Source: Candidatus Woesearchaeota archaeon
GTDB taxonomy: Archaea > Nanobdellota > Nanobdellia > Woesearchaeales > GW2011-AR9
NCBI GenBank assembly: GCA_018696595.1
Contig: JABHQW010000008.1
Location: 38,484-102,483 of the forward strand
Length of the DNA stretch: 64,000 bases
Direction: 5' to 3'
In this document: piece after piece, positions 55,217-64,000 of the stretch
How the letters are laid out: the number at the start of each line of letters is the position of its first letter
Numbering within the stretch: the first letter of the stretch is position 1
The notes under the pieces: model-generated
Told to the model about the DNA's origin: nothing
The model's database searches: none
The model's input: the letters and a program-made list of their open reading frames with translations, nothing else
Position numbers and translations under genes: made by a program

Positions 55217-56353
55217 ATGAATATAATTCTTCTTACTGATGGATTCATGCGGAATAAAAAAGAATCAATATATCTTACATTAACTAGTTTAAGTAAAGAA
55301 TTAATTAATCAAGGACATCAAGTAGTAATTATTGCTAATGGAAATAATGATCTTCCCCGGATTAATATTGAAGAGAGAGTAACAATCGTTAGGCCGCCAA
55401 AAATCTTCAGTTTTTGTAGAATAATGAGGATAATTATTATTGGTCCTTTTATTAGAGTCTTACAAAAAAAACAGAAAAGAAAATACCAAATCATTAATAA
55501 TTTTAGTTCTGCTCCAATCTTAGTATTGAGAGCAGTATTTGCAAAATTGTTTTTGCCAAATATTAAAATTATTCAAAGCATAAAGTCTTATTCAAAAATG
55601 AATCTTGGAAACCATTTTTTTCATTTACTTAATTTTGCAAATTTAGTAACTATACCAACAAAAGTATTTGCAAAAAAGCTGGTTAGAAAAGGAGTAAAAG
55701 AAGAGAAAATCGAGGTCATGAGATCCACCATTAATACCAATAAATTTTATCCAAAGAATGGAGACAAACTTAAGCAGGAATATGGCTATAACAATAAAAA
55801 TGTGATTTTTTATTATGGGGCATTATGGAAAGAAAAAGGAGTGAAATATCTTGTTGAAGCCATCCCCGAAATTAAAAAGGTAGAACCACAAACAATGTTC
55901 ATTTTTGCACCACGAGAAAGAAAAGAATTTTTATATCAACATAAGAAGTTACTAAATAAAATTAAAAAAATACCTGATACAACTATTTTAATTAACAAAA
56001 TTAAAATTGAAGATTATGTCAATATGGCCCAGATTTTAGTACTCCCTTATGCCAGCATTATTGGAACAGAAGGTAATCCTTCCTGCTTACTAGAAGCAAT
56101 GGCTTGTAAAACTGCCGTTGTTACAAGTAATCTCCCTGAGTTGAAGGAAATTGTGCAACATGAACAAGATGTTCTTTTAGCAGAACCCGAAAATCCCGCC
56201 TCCATTGCTAAAAATGTAATCCGATTATTAAATGATAAACAGTTACAAGAAAGATTAACTGAAAATGCATATAAGAAATCAAAACAATTTGATGTAAGAA
56301 TCATTGCCCAACAATATTTAAAGTTATATCAAAATGTTTTAAACAAGAAGTAA
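55217..56353 (+). CDS. GT4 (group 1) glycosyltransferase
   Basis: MNIILLTDGF... and EX7E GTEGNPSCLLEAMACKTAVVTSN. An alternative GTG start at 55205 overlaps the upstream stop. Confidence 0.75.
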   Translation: MNIILLTDGFMRNKKESIYLTLTSLSKELINQGHQVVIIANGNNDLPRINIEERVTIVRPPKIFSFCRIMRIIIIGPFIRVLQKKQKRKYQIINNFSSAPILVLRAVFAKLFLPNIKIIQSIKSYSKMNLGNHFFHLLNFANLVTIPTKVFAKKLVRKGVKEEKIEVMRSTINTNKFYPKNGDKLKQEYGYNNKNVIFYYGALWKEKGVKYLVEAIPEIKKVEPQTMFIFAPRERKEFLYQHKKLLNKIKKIPDTTILINKIKIEDYVNMAQILVLPYASIIGTEGNPSCLLEAMACKTAVVTSNLPELKEIVQHEQDVLLAEPENPASIAKNVIRLLNDKQLQERLTENAYKKSKQFDVRIIAQQYLKLYQNVLNKK

Positions 56354-56387
56354 TAATGATTAAATTATGAATAAACTCTGATTTGTT

Positions 56388-57692
56388 TTATTTATTCAAG
56401 AAAGAAAGAGTTTTTGTGACTATTGCATTTAGATTTAACTCTTTATTATCAGTCTTCACATTATTTGCTTCAAAATTATTAGATAACTGTTCAAATAAAC
56501 CCATCTGTCTACTTAATTCTTCAGGAGACTGGTCCCTTTTTCGGTTATAAAGAGTATTGGGATCATTGTAAAGATAAAAAGTTAAAGAAGGTTTAGGGAA
56601 AAAACTAAGAAAAAATCTTTTCAGAAAAAAAGGAACATGTTTCATCAAAAGAATATCGCTGCAGTATCTGTCTGTGACCACAATAAAGCGTTTTCTCTTT
56701 GGTAAAACAATAAACAAATATCGAATTAATAAATCAAGAGTATAAATTGGAGAAGACAATGAATAAATAATTTTCTTTAAGTTCTTGCCAACTTTCTTTT
56801 TCTTTTCAACCCCTTTGTAAATATTACCAATCTTTTTAATGGGGATTATATTCTTCTTTCCCCGTCCAACATAAATTAAATTGACAGGATAACCATTATT
56901 CTTTAATATGCTTACCAATCCTTCTGTCATTGTTGATTTTCCAGATCCATCTGGCCCAATTAAAGAGATCAATGGTTTGCTAGGCATCAATAGATTAAGT
57001 AAAGGAACCTTTCTTAAAGGACAATATTTTCTACTAAAAAACCACCGAGCAGATAATTTAGTAAAAGTCCAAGCCCTTTTAAAATCTTTAAAAGCATAAT
57101 AACTCGCTAAGAATTTCATTCTTCTTTCAATCTTCTCAAATGTTCCTTCTTGTACATTCTTTAATAAAAATAAAGCAATCTTTTTATTAAATATTTGAGC
57201 CAGGTTAGATTTAATATAACTAAAATTAAGATCTTCCTGAGATAAACTCACCAGTTCCTCTTTATACTTATGTTTAAAAAATCGTTTTCCCAAAATAGAA
57301 TGACATAAATAATGAAGATAAGAATCATTAACAGAAAGTATTGGAAAGAAATACTTGTTTTCTATTCCTGATAAAATCTGATTCATCTTTAGATACACAA
57401 TGTCGTTCCAGTAGATTCCTCCTTTTTGTAAGTCAAAAGAAAAAGTTTTTTTATTCTCTGGAAAATATTTCCAAAAACCTTGGTGTTTTAAAGAAAAGTT
57501 CTTACTAGATTTATTAAACCCTTGATTAAGCAATATTTCTTCGGCGTTATTCCAATTACTATCATCAACAGAAATATCCAAATCAGTCCCCAGATCCCCT
57601 TGATTTAAGAGAAAAGCATAATTACGTAAAACACAATACTTGATGTTATTCTGATTAAATACTTGTAATATTTCTTTTATTTTTGGAATCAT
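56388..57692 (-). CDS. two-part protein: N-terminal nucleotidyltransferase-like region + C-terminal P-loop (thymidylate-kinase-like) NTPase
   Basis: N-terminus IKYCVLRNYAFLL..GDLGTDLDISVDD. Walker A LIGPDGSGKSTM at about aa 245. Confidence 0.5.
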   Translation of the reverse strand: MIPKIKEILQVFNQNNIKYCVLRNYAFLLNQGDLGTDLDISVDDSNWNNAEEILLNQGFNKSSKNFSLKHQGFWKYFPENKKTFSFDLQKGGIYWNDIVYLKMNQILSGIENKYFFPILSVNDSYLHYLCHSILGKRFFKHKYKEELVSLSQEDLNFSYIKSNLAQIFNKKIALFLLKNVQEGTFEKIERRMKFLASYYAFKDFKRAWTFTKLSARWFFSRKYCPLRKVPLLNLLMPSKPLISLIGPDGSGKSTMTEGLVSILKNNGYPVNLIYVGRGKKNIIPIKKIGNIYKGVEKKKKVGKNLKKIIYSLSSPIYTLDLLIRYLFIVLPKRKRFIVVTDRYCSDILLMKHVPFFLKRFFLSFFPKPSLTFYLYNDPNTLYNRKRDQSPEELSRQMGLFEQLSNNFEANNVKTDNKELNLNAIVTKTLSFLNK

Positions 57693-57711
57693 TTTGCAAT
57701 CGTTTTTGTAG

Positions 57712-59199
57712 TCATTTTCTAAATAACTTAAAGTAATATTTCAATTCTTTTAAGCTCCAAACCTTAAAAAGCCAAGCTAAAAGTAGATATAATGTTCCAG
57801 CCATAGTAATGCTTAAGATAACATTTGCCCAAAGCCCAAAAGTTAAAACATCTTTTAAAAAGTTAATGAAAAACAAGAACATAATCGCCAACAAAGATAG
57901 TTTAATCCATTCCATAATACGAGATTTCATACCCAAGATGCGGTTCAAGAATATAGTTGATATAATAAAAACAATAAAATAACTCACAGAAGTAGCAATG
58001 GCCGCACCAATAATCCCATAGATAGGAATTAAAATAACGTTTAGAGTTACGTTGATTAAGGCAGCAATTACGATTGTAATTGTAACTACTTTTGGTTTGC
58101 CAATGCCAGAAATCATATTATTATTGATCCCAGCAATGATATAAAATAACACGCCCACTAAAAGTATTTGAAAAGAAACTGTTCCAACATTAAATTTTAA
58201 TCCAAAAGATAAAGTTATAAAAAGTTTAGCAAAAGAGAATAAAGCAAGAATCATTGTACTCATAAAAAGAAAAGTATATTTATGTAATAAATTAATTCCT
58301 GCCGTCAATCGTTTAAAATCCTTCTTAGCAAACAATTCTGAAGTCATTGGAAAAACTACGGCTGACAAAGATGTCCCCACGAATAAAAATAACATTGCAG
58401 AAGGGAGGATTGCATTATAAACCCCAACCTGTTCTAAAGTTCCAAAGTAAGTTAATATTAAAGTATCTAAGTAACCAATAACTTTTCCCCCAATTCCAGT
58501 AAACAAAACAGGCAAACCAAACAGAAACATTTTTTTAGTTGTTTTTTTAAATGAAATTAAGGGGTATTGAAAGAAAGGGAAAGTTCGTATTGCAAAAGGT
58601 AGCAATATGCAAAATAAAATTAATGACCCCACCACATATGCCCAGGCTGTCGCAAGAACAGTCTTATGCCCGAACATAAAGAATATAACCAAAGTTATTA
58701 GGATAATCCCATTTTTCAAAAATTCAAATAAAGAAAAAACCCTGAAGTTCTGAAAACCTCTTAAAATATATTTAGTCATCTTAAAAAAAACGCTGAGAAT
58801 AATATACATGATAAATAACTTAATTAAACTTTCCGCCATGGCTTCTTTAAAGTAACTAGTTGCTAAAAAACCAGCAAAAAAATAAAGAAAGAAACTAAAA
58901 ATAATAGAACTGATTAATTGAAAAAATAGAGTTACAAAAGTAATTGTGGTAATTAAATGTAATTTATTACTTACCTTAAACTCGGCAATATACTTGACTA
59001 ATGCAGTTCCTAAACCAAGATCTCTAAAAAACAACAAGAACATTACTAAATTAAAAACGGCATAAAACAAACCATATTCTGTAATACTAAGATTTCTTGC
59101 AAGAATAATTTTTGTTGTAAAAGCTAACAGATTTGCTAATGCATTCATTACGAAAATTAGGGTTGCGCCAACAAGTGCTTTTCTAAAATAATTAACCAT
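57712..59199 (-). CDS. Wzx-type polysaccharide/oligosaccharide flippase (MOP superfamily)
   Basis: 495 aa with about 14 TM helices. LARNLSITEYGLFYAV... is the typical polysaccharide biosynthesis protein N-terminus. Confidence 0.75.
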   Translation of the reverse strand: MVNYFRKALVGATLIFVMNALANLLAFTTKIILARNLSITEYGLFYAVFNLVMFLLFFRDLGLGTALVKYIAEFKVSNKLHLITTITFVTLFFQLISSIIFSFFLYFFAGFLATSYFKEAMAESLIKLFIMYIILSVFFKMTKYILRGFQNFRVFSLFEFLKNGIILITLVIFFMFGHKTVLATAWAYVVGSLILFCILLPFAIRTFPFFQYPLISFKKTTKKMFLFGLPVLFTGIGGKVIGYLDTLILTYFGTLEQVGVYNAILPSAMLFLFVGTSLSAVVFPMTSELFAKKDFKRLTAGINLLHKYTFLFMSTMILALFSFAKLFITLSFGLKFNVGTVSFQILLVGVLFYIIAGINNNMISGIGKPKVVTITIVIAALINVTLNVILIPIYGIIGAAIATSVSYFIVFIISTIFLNRILGMKSRIMEWIKLSLLAIMFLFFINFLKDVLTFGLWANVILSITMAGTLYLLLAWLFKVWSLKELKYYFKLFRK

Positions 59200-59200
59200 T

Positions 59201-61162
59201 TTATACTATCTTAAAAACAACGTAAAGATTCTCTTTTTGATAAATTGGTTGGAATGATGGTGAACTAACAAACCCATTTATTCTTTCCTGGAATTTCTTA
59301 TTTACTTGTTCCTCATCACCACAATCGGGGGTCAAATATTTTAAATCTCCAATTCCCGCTAGAAGGTATTCGTATTTGTTCCTTTTTAAAAAAGAATATA
59401 ATTCTTCATTGTTTAAGCCCATGATACATTGATCTCTGGTATTTTCAATAATGTCTTCACACCAAGTACAACTAAATGCATCAAAACCGGCCATTAAATG
59501 GTTTCGATCAGAGTAAGTAAAAACTGAAGTCCCTTTAGGTAATGTTGCAAACCACTCCGCATATTCAAATGCAACTTGGGGATTCCCACCACCAAAATAG
59601 CCATACGTTGGCCAAATGGCAGTATTAGCAGAATATTTTTGATGAGCTGAAGTCAATACAACCCCTGAAACAACAACCAATAAAACTATGATTATGGGGA
59701 TCCCTACTTTCTTCAAAGAGTTTTTAATCAACCAATAGCCTTCAGCTGCCAATAAAGAAATAGGAATTGCTAAAAGCATCCAGAATCTAAAAGCAATAAG
59801 TCCCACAGGAAGATTAAATGTCATACTATTAACTCCAAGGAAAGTAAAAATAAACCAGCCTATAGTTACAGGCAACCAATAATTTTTATTCCTAAAAGTT
59901 TTCTTGTAGAATATTAATGAAGACAAAACCCCAATAACAAGTAGAATACTAATAAAAATACCTACTCCAATTGGATTATTGATCATATTATTATGTTGAG
60001 CAAAGAAAAAATCACCAAAAGTATACGCTCTCGTTGCTGAACCCACATCTGGTGGAAACATGGATAATATCCTACTAAATAAGCTACTACTACCAGAAGT
60101 TTCTGCAATCTTGAATCCACCCAAGCCAAGAGCCTGAGCAATTCCGCTTGCCCCCTTATATTTTGTCAACATATTACCCCACCATATAAATGAAATAACA
60201 TATCCAGCAACAATACTAATAAAAGACCATCTTAGAAATTTCTTAGCTAAAATAGATTTAATAACAAAATAAATTAATAACAGAAAACCAATCTTAATTG
60301 GTTGAGTTGGTTGTGAGACTGCTATGCTCGCAATCGTTAGTGCAGCAGGACACATCCATTTCTTATTTTCATCAATCTTTTCTAAACAATACATAGATAC
60401 AAAGAAAAGAGCAGGAATCAATGAATGAGCCCAAATAAAATGACTAAGATAACAAGGAATCGCAGCTAGAATAAATGTTGCAAATAACGCTTTATTACTT
60501 GAACCAATAAAGTTTCTGGCAAAGAAAAAGAAAAATATAATGCTTAATGATATAATTAAAGCATTAAAAAACTTCAGAGTCCAATTAATAGAATCATTTG
60601 TTTGATACAATAAAGCCATTAAAATGTCATAAGCAGGAGGGTAAGGGTCCAAATAAGTCAGTTGATCATTATGCCTGTCAAGAATCTCCCTAGGAGGATC
60701 ATAAGCCGTCTTTTCTAATGAAATATATTGGGCCCCATTTGCGTGTGACCAAGGATCAGCATTTTCTAAATAAGGATATGCTGTTGCCCCAGTATAATAC
60801 ATAAAAAATGTTGCTCCAAAAATAATCAGAAGTGTAAACATAATCAAATGAGATTTTTTTATTTTCAAGTTTGGTTTAAATTTAAACTTAAACTGGTCAA
60901 GATGAATAGGTTTATTCTTAATACTAACAATAAATTTAATTAAAGGATAAATTAAACCAATAGAAAGAAATATTCTCCAATCCAGAGGAATTCTAACAAA
61001 GTTAAAGAAAACAGACACTATTAAAATAACCCCTAAACCAATTCCTAAAATCATAAAAAAAGATTCCCATTTATCAACAATTTTCAATTTAAGAAGAGAA
61101 GTCATAGTATAACCAAACCCAAGTAAGTATACAAAAAATAAGATTATTGTTAGTATATCCAT
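59201..61162 (-). CDS. polytopic GT-C-fold membrane protein, STT3-like loop-1 motif, no WWDYG
   Basis: 653 aa. YLENADPWSHANGAQYI (DPWxH-type loop as in AglB). C-terminal soluble domain with VFTYSDRNHLMAGFD at the expected WWDYG position. Confidence 0.45.
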   Translation of the reverse strand: MDILTIILFFVYLLGFGYTMTSLLKLKIVDKWESFFMILGIGLGVILIVSVFFNFVRIPLDWRIFLSIGLIYPLIKFIVSIKNKPIHLDQFKFKFKPNLKIKKSHLIMFTLLIIFGATFFMYYTGATAYPYLENADPWSHANGAQYISLEKTAYDPPREILDRHNDQLTYLDPYPPAYDILMALLYQTNDSINWTLKFFNALIISLSIIFFFFFARNFIGSSNKALFATFILAAIPCYLSHFIWAHSLIPALFFVSMYCLEKIDENKKWMCPAALTIASIAVSQPTQPIKIGFLLLIYFVIKSILAKKFLRWSFISIVAGYVISFIWWGNMLTKYKGASGIAQALGLGGFKIAETSGSSSLFSRILSMFPPDVGSATRAYTFGDFFFAQHNNMINNPIGVGIFISILLVIGVLSSLIFYKKTFRNKNYWLPVTIGWFIFTFLGVNSMTFNLPVGLIAFRFWMLLAIPISLLAAEGYWLIKNSLKKVGIPIIIVLLVVVSGVVLTSAHQKYSANTAIWPTYGYFGGGNPQVAFEYAEWFATLPKGTSVFTYSDRNHLMAGFDAFSCTWCEDIIENTRDQCIMGLNNEELYSFLKRNKYEYLLAGIGDLKYLTPDCGDEEQVNKKFQERINGFVSSPSFQPIYQKENLYVVFKIV

Positions 61163-61164
61163 AT

Positions 61165-62583
61165 TTAACCCTTCATAACAGAGAAATGATAAACCTCTAT
61201 CCCCTTATAAGTTTTATTAAAGTCAAGAATTAAGTTTTTTTCTGCTTGTTCCAGATAATAATCAATATCGTTATAGTTATGAGAGAGAATCAACCAAAAA
61301 CCTTTGCTTGAGAGTAATGGAAAAGAATAATTATTTTCAGTATTAAGACCCATGATTTTTGATTTTCCTTGGTAGTAATAATCAAACGGAACAATAGCAG
61401 ATGAACTATCAAATAAGATTATTTCTCCTTTTTTTTCTTTTAGACTTATTAACTCAGAGACATTATCCCATTCCTCTTTTGTGATATCTTGATAATATAG
61501 TTGTAAGGAAGAAAAAGACAATATAATAATTAAGACAATAACACTTATTCTTAATAATTTCTTCTTAGTTAAGCTAATTATGTATGCAAAGAAAACAAAA
61601 AGAAACGGCAATAAAAATAAAGTATACCTGGTTAAGAAAAATGGAGAGTAGAGAGATTTGACAAATATTAGAATTAAAAAGAAATAGATGATAACCAAAA
61701 GTAAAAGAAAATTGTGATTAATAAAAAAGAAAAAGTTAACAATTTTCTTCCAATTTCTAACAACAACAAATATAGTCAAAATAAGTGAGATAATTGGAAT
61801 TAAAAATAAGATAATACCAAGATTTGCAACACTTGAAGATAATCCCCACTTATTTATGAAAATGTTGATTAAAATATTATTGTACCAAAAAAACTTAGTT
61901 ATAAATTTTGGTAAAAATGGAATAAAAAGTAAAATAATTATTAACTGGCTGATAAACCATCTCTTTAGAGATGTACCCTTTTTATAAAATAAGGATAATA
62001 AAATGATGTTTTGAACAAGAAAAATTAACAAACCAAAATAATGGATAGCATTTAAGAATGCACCTACAACTCCAAAGAAAAAATAAAGAAAAAGGCTGCT
62101 TTTTTTAGAATCCTTGTTTACAAAACCCTTAATTAATTTTACAAATATAAAAAAAGATAAAATTGTCAAAGTAGTAAAAAAAGAGAAAACTCTGGCTTCT
62201 TGAGAATAAATTATATCGAATAGTGAAATTGAAATCAATAGTGCTGATAATATTGCTACTTTTTTATCAAACAACTCTTTTGCCAAAAGGTATAGTAAGA
62301 TTATAGAAATAACACCACACAATAAAGAGAAAAAACGTAAAGCGAACATAGAAAGACCAAAAATCTCTGACCAAAGATGTAAAATAATAAAATATACTGA
62401 CGGCTTAGTCTCGGTAATTTCTGCTTGATCAATCACACCACCAATATTATCTTGATTAATTGATAATATCGTATATCCTTCATCAAACCAAAGATTTTCT
62501 TTATCTAAATCATAAAATCGCAATCCAAAACCCAAGAGAACTATTAAAGCCAAAATAATTAAGGGAACATATCTTTTTTTCAT
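61165..62583 (-). CDS. GT-C glycosyltransferase, ArnT/PMT_2 (GT39/83)-like
   Basis: LRFYDLDKENLWFDEGYT first-loop DE motif. Polytopic. Confidence 0.7.
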   Translation of the reverse strand: MKKRYVPLIILALIVLLGFGLRFYDLDKENLWFDEGYTILSINQDNIGGVIDQAEITETKPSVYFIILHLWSEIFGLSMFALRFFSLLCGVISIILLYLLAKELFDKKVAILSALLISISLFDIIYSQEARVFSFFTTLTILSFFIFVKLIKGFVNKDSKKSSLFLYFFFGVVGAFLNAIHYFGLLIFLVQNIILLSLFYKKGTSLKRWFISQLIIILLFIPFLPKFITKFFWYNNILINIFINKWGLSSSVANLGIILFLIPIISLILTIFVVVRNWKKIVNFFFFINHNFLLLLVIIYFFLILIFVKSLYSPFFLTRYTLFLLPFLFVFFAYIISLTKKKLLRISVIVLIIILSFSSLQLYYQDITKEEWDNVSELISLKEKKGEIILFDSSSAIVPFDYYYQGKSKIMGLNTENNYSFPLLSSKGFWLILSHNYNDIDYYLEQAEKNLILDFNKTYKGIEVYHFSVMKG

Positions 62584-62592
62584 TTTTCTGAT

Positions 62593-63672
62593 TTACAACT
62601 TTTGTTGTAAGATAGATATTATCCTTTCTGCAGTTTTACCATCACCATAGGGATTTGTCCAAGACCGATCCTTTTTAGTCATCTCTTTAGTTCCATTCAA
62701 TACCGATTCTGGCTCAACTCCGACTAAAATATTACTACCAACATTTAATGTTTCGGGTCTTTCAGTATTATCTCTAAGAGTCACACACGGAACCTTTAAA
62801 ACACAACTCTCCTCTTGCATCCCGCCCGAATCAGTCATAATTAGGTGAGAATTTTTTTGTAATTGTAAAAATTCCAAGTACCCTAAAAGGGGAATCGTCT
62901 TAACACATCCTGGAACTTTTAAATTAAACTTTTCCAACATTTTAATTGTTCTTGGATGAATGGGCCAAACAATTGGCAAGCCATGGTATTCTGCAACCAA
63001 AGAAATGCTGTCAAGTAATTTTAATAATCTAGGTTCAAAATCAACATTTTCTTGTCGATGAGATGACATAAGAATATACTGCCCCTTCTTTAATTCAAAC
63101 CTTTGCAAAACATTACTCTTACGATCAGACAATTCAATATTTTGTGAAAGAGCATCAACAACTGTGTTTCCAGTAACAAAAATCTTATTTTGATCATGGT
63201 TTTCTTTAAGAAGATTGTTTTCAGTTGTAAGGGTCGGAGTAAAAAGAAAATCTGATAAATTATCAATTATTATTCTATGAGTTTCCTCCAACATTTGAAT
63301 ATCATCACTTCTAAGTCCTGCTTCTACGTGCCCAAGGGGAATTCTTAGTTGAGTCGCAGCTAATCCACCAGCTAACACAGAATTAGTATCACCAATAACT
63401 AAAACCACACTCGGTTTTTCCTGTTTAAGAATTTTTTTAATATTTGGAAGCATAGTACTTAATTGAAACTTAAATGCCCCCACCCCTCCTTGAATATGAT
63501 ATTTTGGAAGTGGCAATTCCAATTCTTCAAAAAAGAGTTTATCTAAGTCATAAGAATAATGTTGCCCAGTATGAATAATAAAATAATCAGTACCTCTTTG
63601 TTCACAACACCTAATTAAAGAACATGCTTTAATTATCTCTGGTCTGGTCCCCAGAACAATACAAACTTTCAT
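62593..63672 (-). CDS. wecB: UDP-N-acetylglucosamine 2-epimerase (non-hydrolysing)
   Basis: MKVCIVLGTRPEIIK, HVEAGLRS, TDSGGMQEE. ATG 63672 shares one nt with the upstream TAA (TAATG). Confidence 0.9.
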   Translation of the reverse strand: MKVCIVLGTRPEIIKACSLIRCCEQRGTDYFIIHTGQHYSYDLDKLFFEELELPLPKYHIQGGVGAFKFQLSTMLPNIKKILKQEKPSVVLVIGDTNSVLAGGLAATQLRIPLGHVEAGLRSDDIQMLEETHRIIIDNLSDFLFTPTLTTENNLLKENHDQNKIFVTGNTVVDALSQNIELSDRKSNVLQRFELKKGQYILMSSHRQENVDFEPRLLKLLDSISLVAEYHGLPIVWPIHPRTIKMLEKFNLKVPGCVKTIPLLGYLEFLQLQKNSHLIMTDSGGMQEESCVLKVPCVTLRDNTERPETLNVGSNILVGVEPESVLNGTKEMTKKDRSWTNPYGDGKTAERIISILQQKL

Positions 63673-64000
63673 TAAACAATCCACCCCGGATTTGGTTTCT
63701 CATACTGCCAGAGAACTGATTGAAGTGCAAACATGGTGACCCAAGAATTAACGTCAGAGGAAGTTTCCCCACTTAGCTTCATATTATAAACTAATCCCTC
63801 AAATTGGTGTTGTAATTTTCTTAAGAAAGAAGTACCCAAGAGGATATTCTCTTTATACTTCTCAGAATCAGCAAATAACCAAATTCTAATTGCTTGCGAA
63901 GTTGCATCCCCTTGTTTTTCTAATTCAACATTTTCTTTAAAATACCAATTATACAAACTACCATCTTTATTTTGTTGTTTAGCTAGCCATTCTGCGGATA
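63672..64000 (-). CDS. C-terminal part of a larger protein running off the right edge; possible alpha/alpha-toroid (prenyltransferase/SQHop-cyclase-like repeat) protein
   Basis: The track's M at 63956 is actually TTG. The frame stays open to nt 64000 (…SAEWLAKQQNKDGSLYNWYFKEN…). The Q-x-x-DGS motif resembles toroid repeats. Confidence 0.35.
   Translation of the reverse strand, partial: SAEWLAKQQNKDGSLYNWYFKENVELEKQGDATSQAIRIWLFADSEKYKENILLGTSFLRKLQHQFEGLVYNMKLSGETSSDVNSWVTMFALQSVLWQYEKPNPGWIV

Noticed and set aside
1-64000. CRISPR arrays, transposases, integrases, prophage genes, rRNA and tRNA.
   Set aside because: None were detected by eye on either strand. No regularly spaced direct repeats and no recognisable DDE, tyrosine-recombinase or capsid motifs were found. 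A covariance-model or repeat scan would be needed to exclude small elements.

Overview
This is an AT-rich, gene-dense archaeal chromosome segment. The archaeal call rests on TFB, aMBF1, RadB, archaeal-type uS2, AglB/STT3, AMP phosphorylase and TrmI. Many first genes carry a TATA box about 22-25 nt upstream of the ATG, implying leaderless mRNAs, while internal operon genes carry GGTG/GGAGG Shine-Dalgarno sites. By eye I found no rRNA, tRNA, CRISPR array, transposase or integrase. The lineage cannot be fixed without searches; a small-genome uncultured archaeon (DPANN-like) is plausible.

Layout:
- 0-2 kb: a HIT-like gene cut by the left edge, one orphan gene and tfb.
- 3.1-9.0 kb: two very large, highly acidic secreted proteins with C-terminal membrane anchors.
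- 9-24 kb: housekeeping genes (dcd, trmI, AMP phosphorylase, uS2, radB, two duplicated Lrp-type regulators) mixed with NDP-sugar modification operons. These include a His-for-Lys DegT-type 3-dehydratase candidate, a GlmU-like enzyme, a YvcK-like protein and a NodU-type carbamoyltransferase.
- 24 kb to the right edge: a roughly 40 kb cell-surface glycosylation island. It holds six GT-C-fold membrane glycosyltransferases, two GT2, three GT4, a UbiA-type phosphoribosyltransferase-like enzyme, a Wzx flippase, WecB and a fused double SDR. One GT-C enzyme is a canonical WWDFG AglB fused to a C-terminal parvulin PPIase. Three others look STT3-like but have degenerate catalytic motifs.

The most notable content lies at 39.7-55.2 kb: a phosphonate (C-P bond) biosynthesis and attachment module.
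- A PEP mutase with the EDKx5NS signature is fused to a nucleotidyltransferase.
- A phosphonopyruvate decarboxylase is present.
- One 1164-aa ORF fuses an Fe-alcohol dehydrogenase, an HxGH cytidylyltransferase, a LicC-like nucleotidyltransferase and an AEP transaminase.
- A B12-binding radical SAM enzyme, a LicD-family transferase, a SAM methyltransferase, one further LicC-like enzyme and two variant CDP-alcohol phosphotransferases complete the set.

All functional calls are motif-level reads of the translations. No database search was possible.
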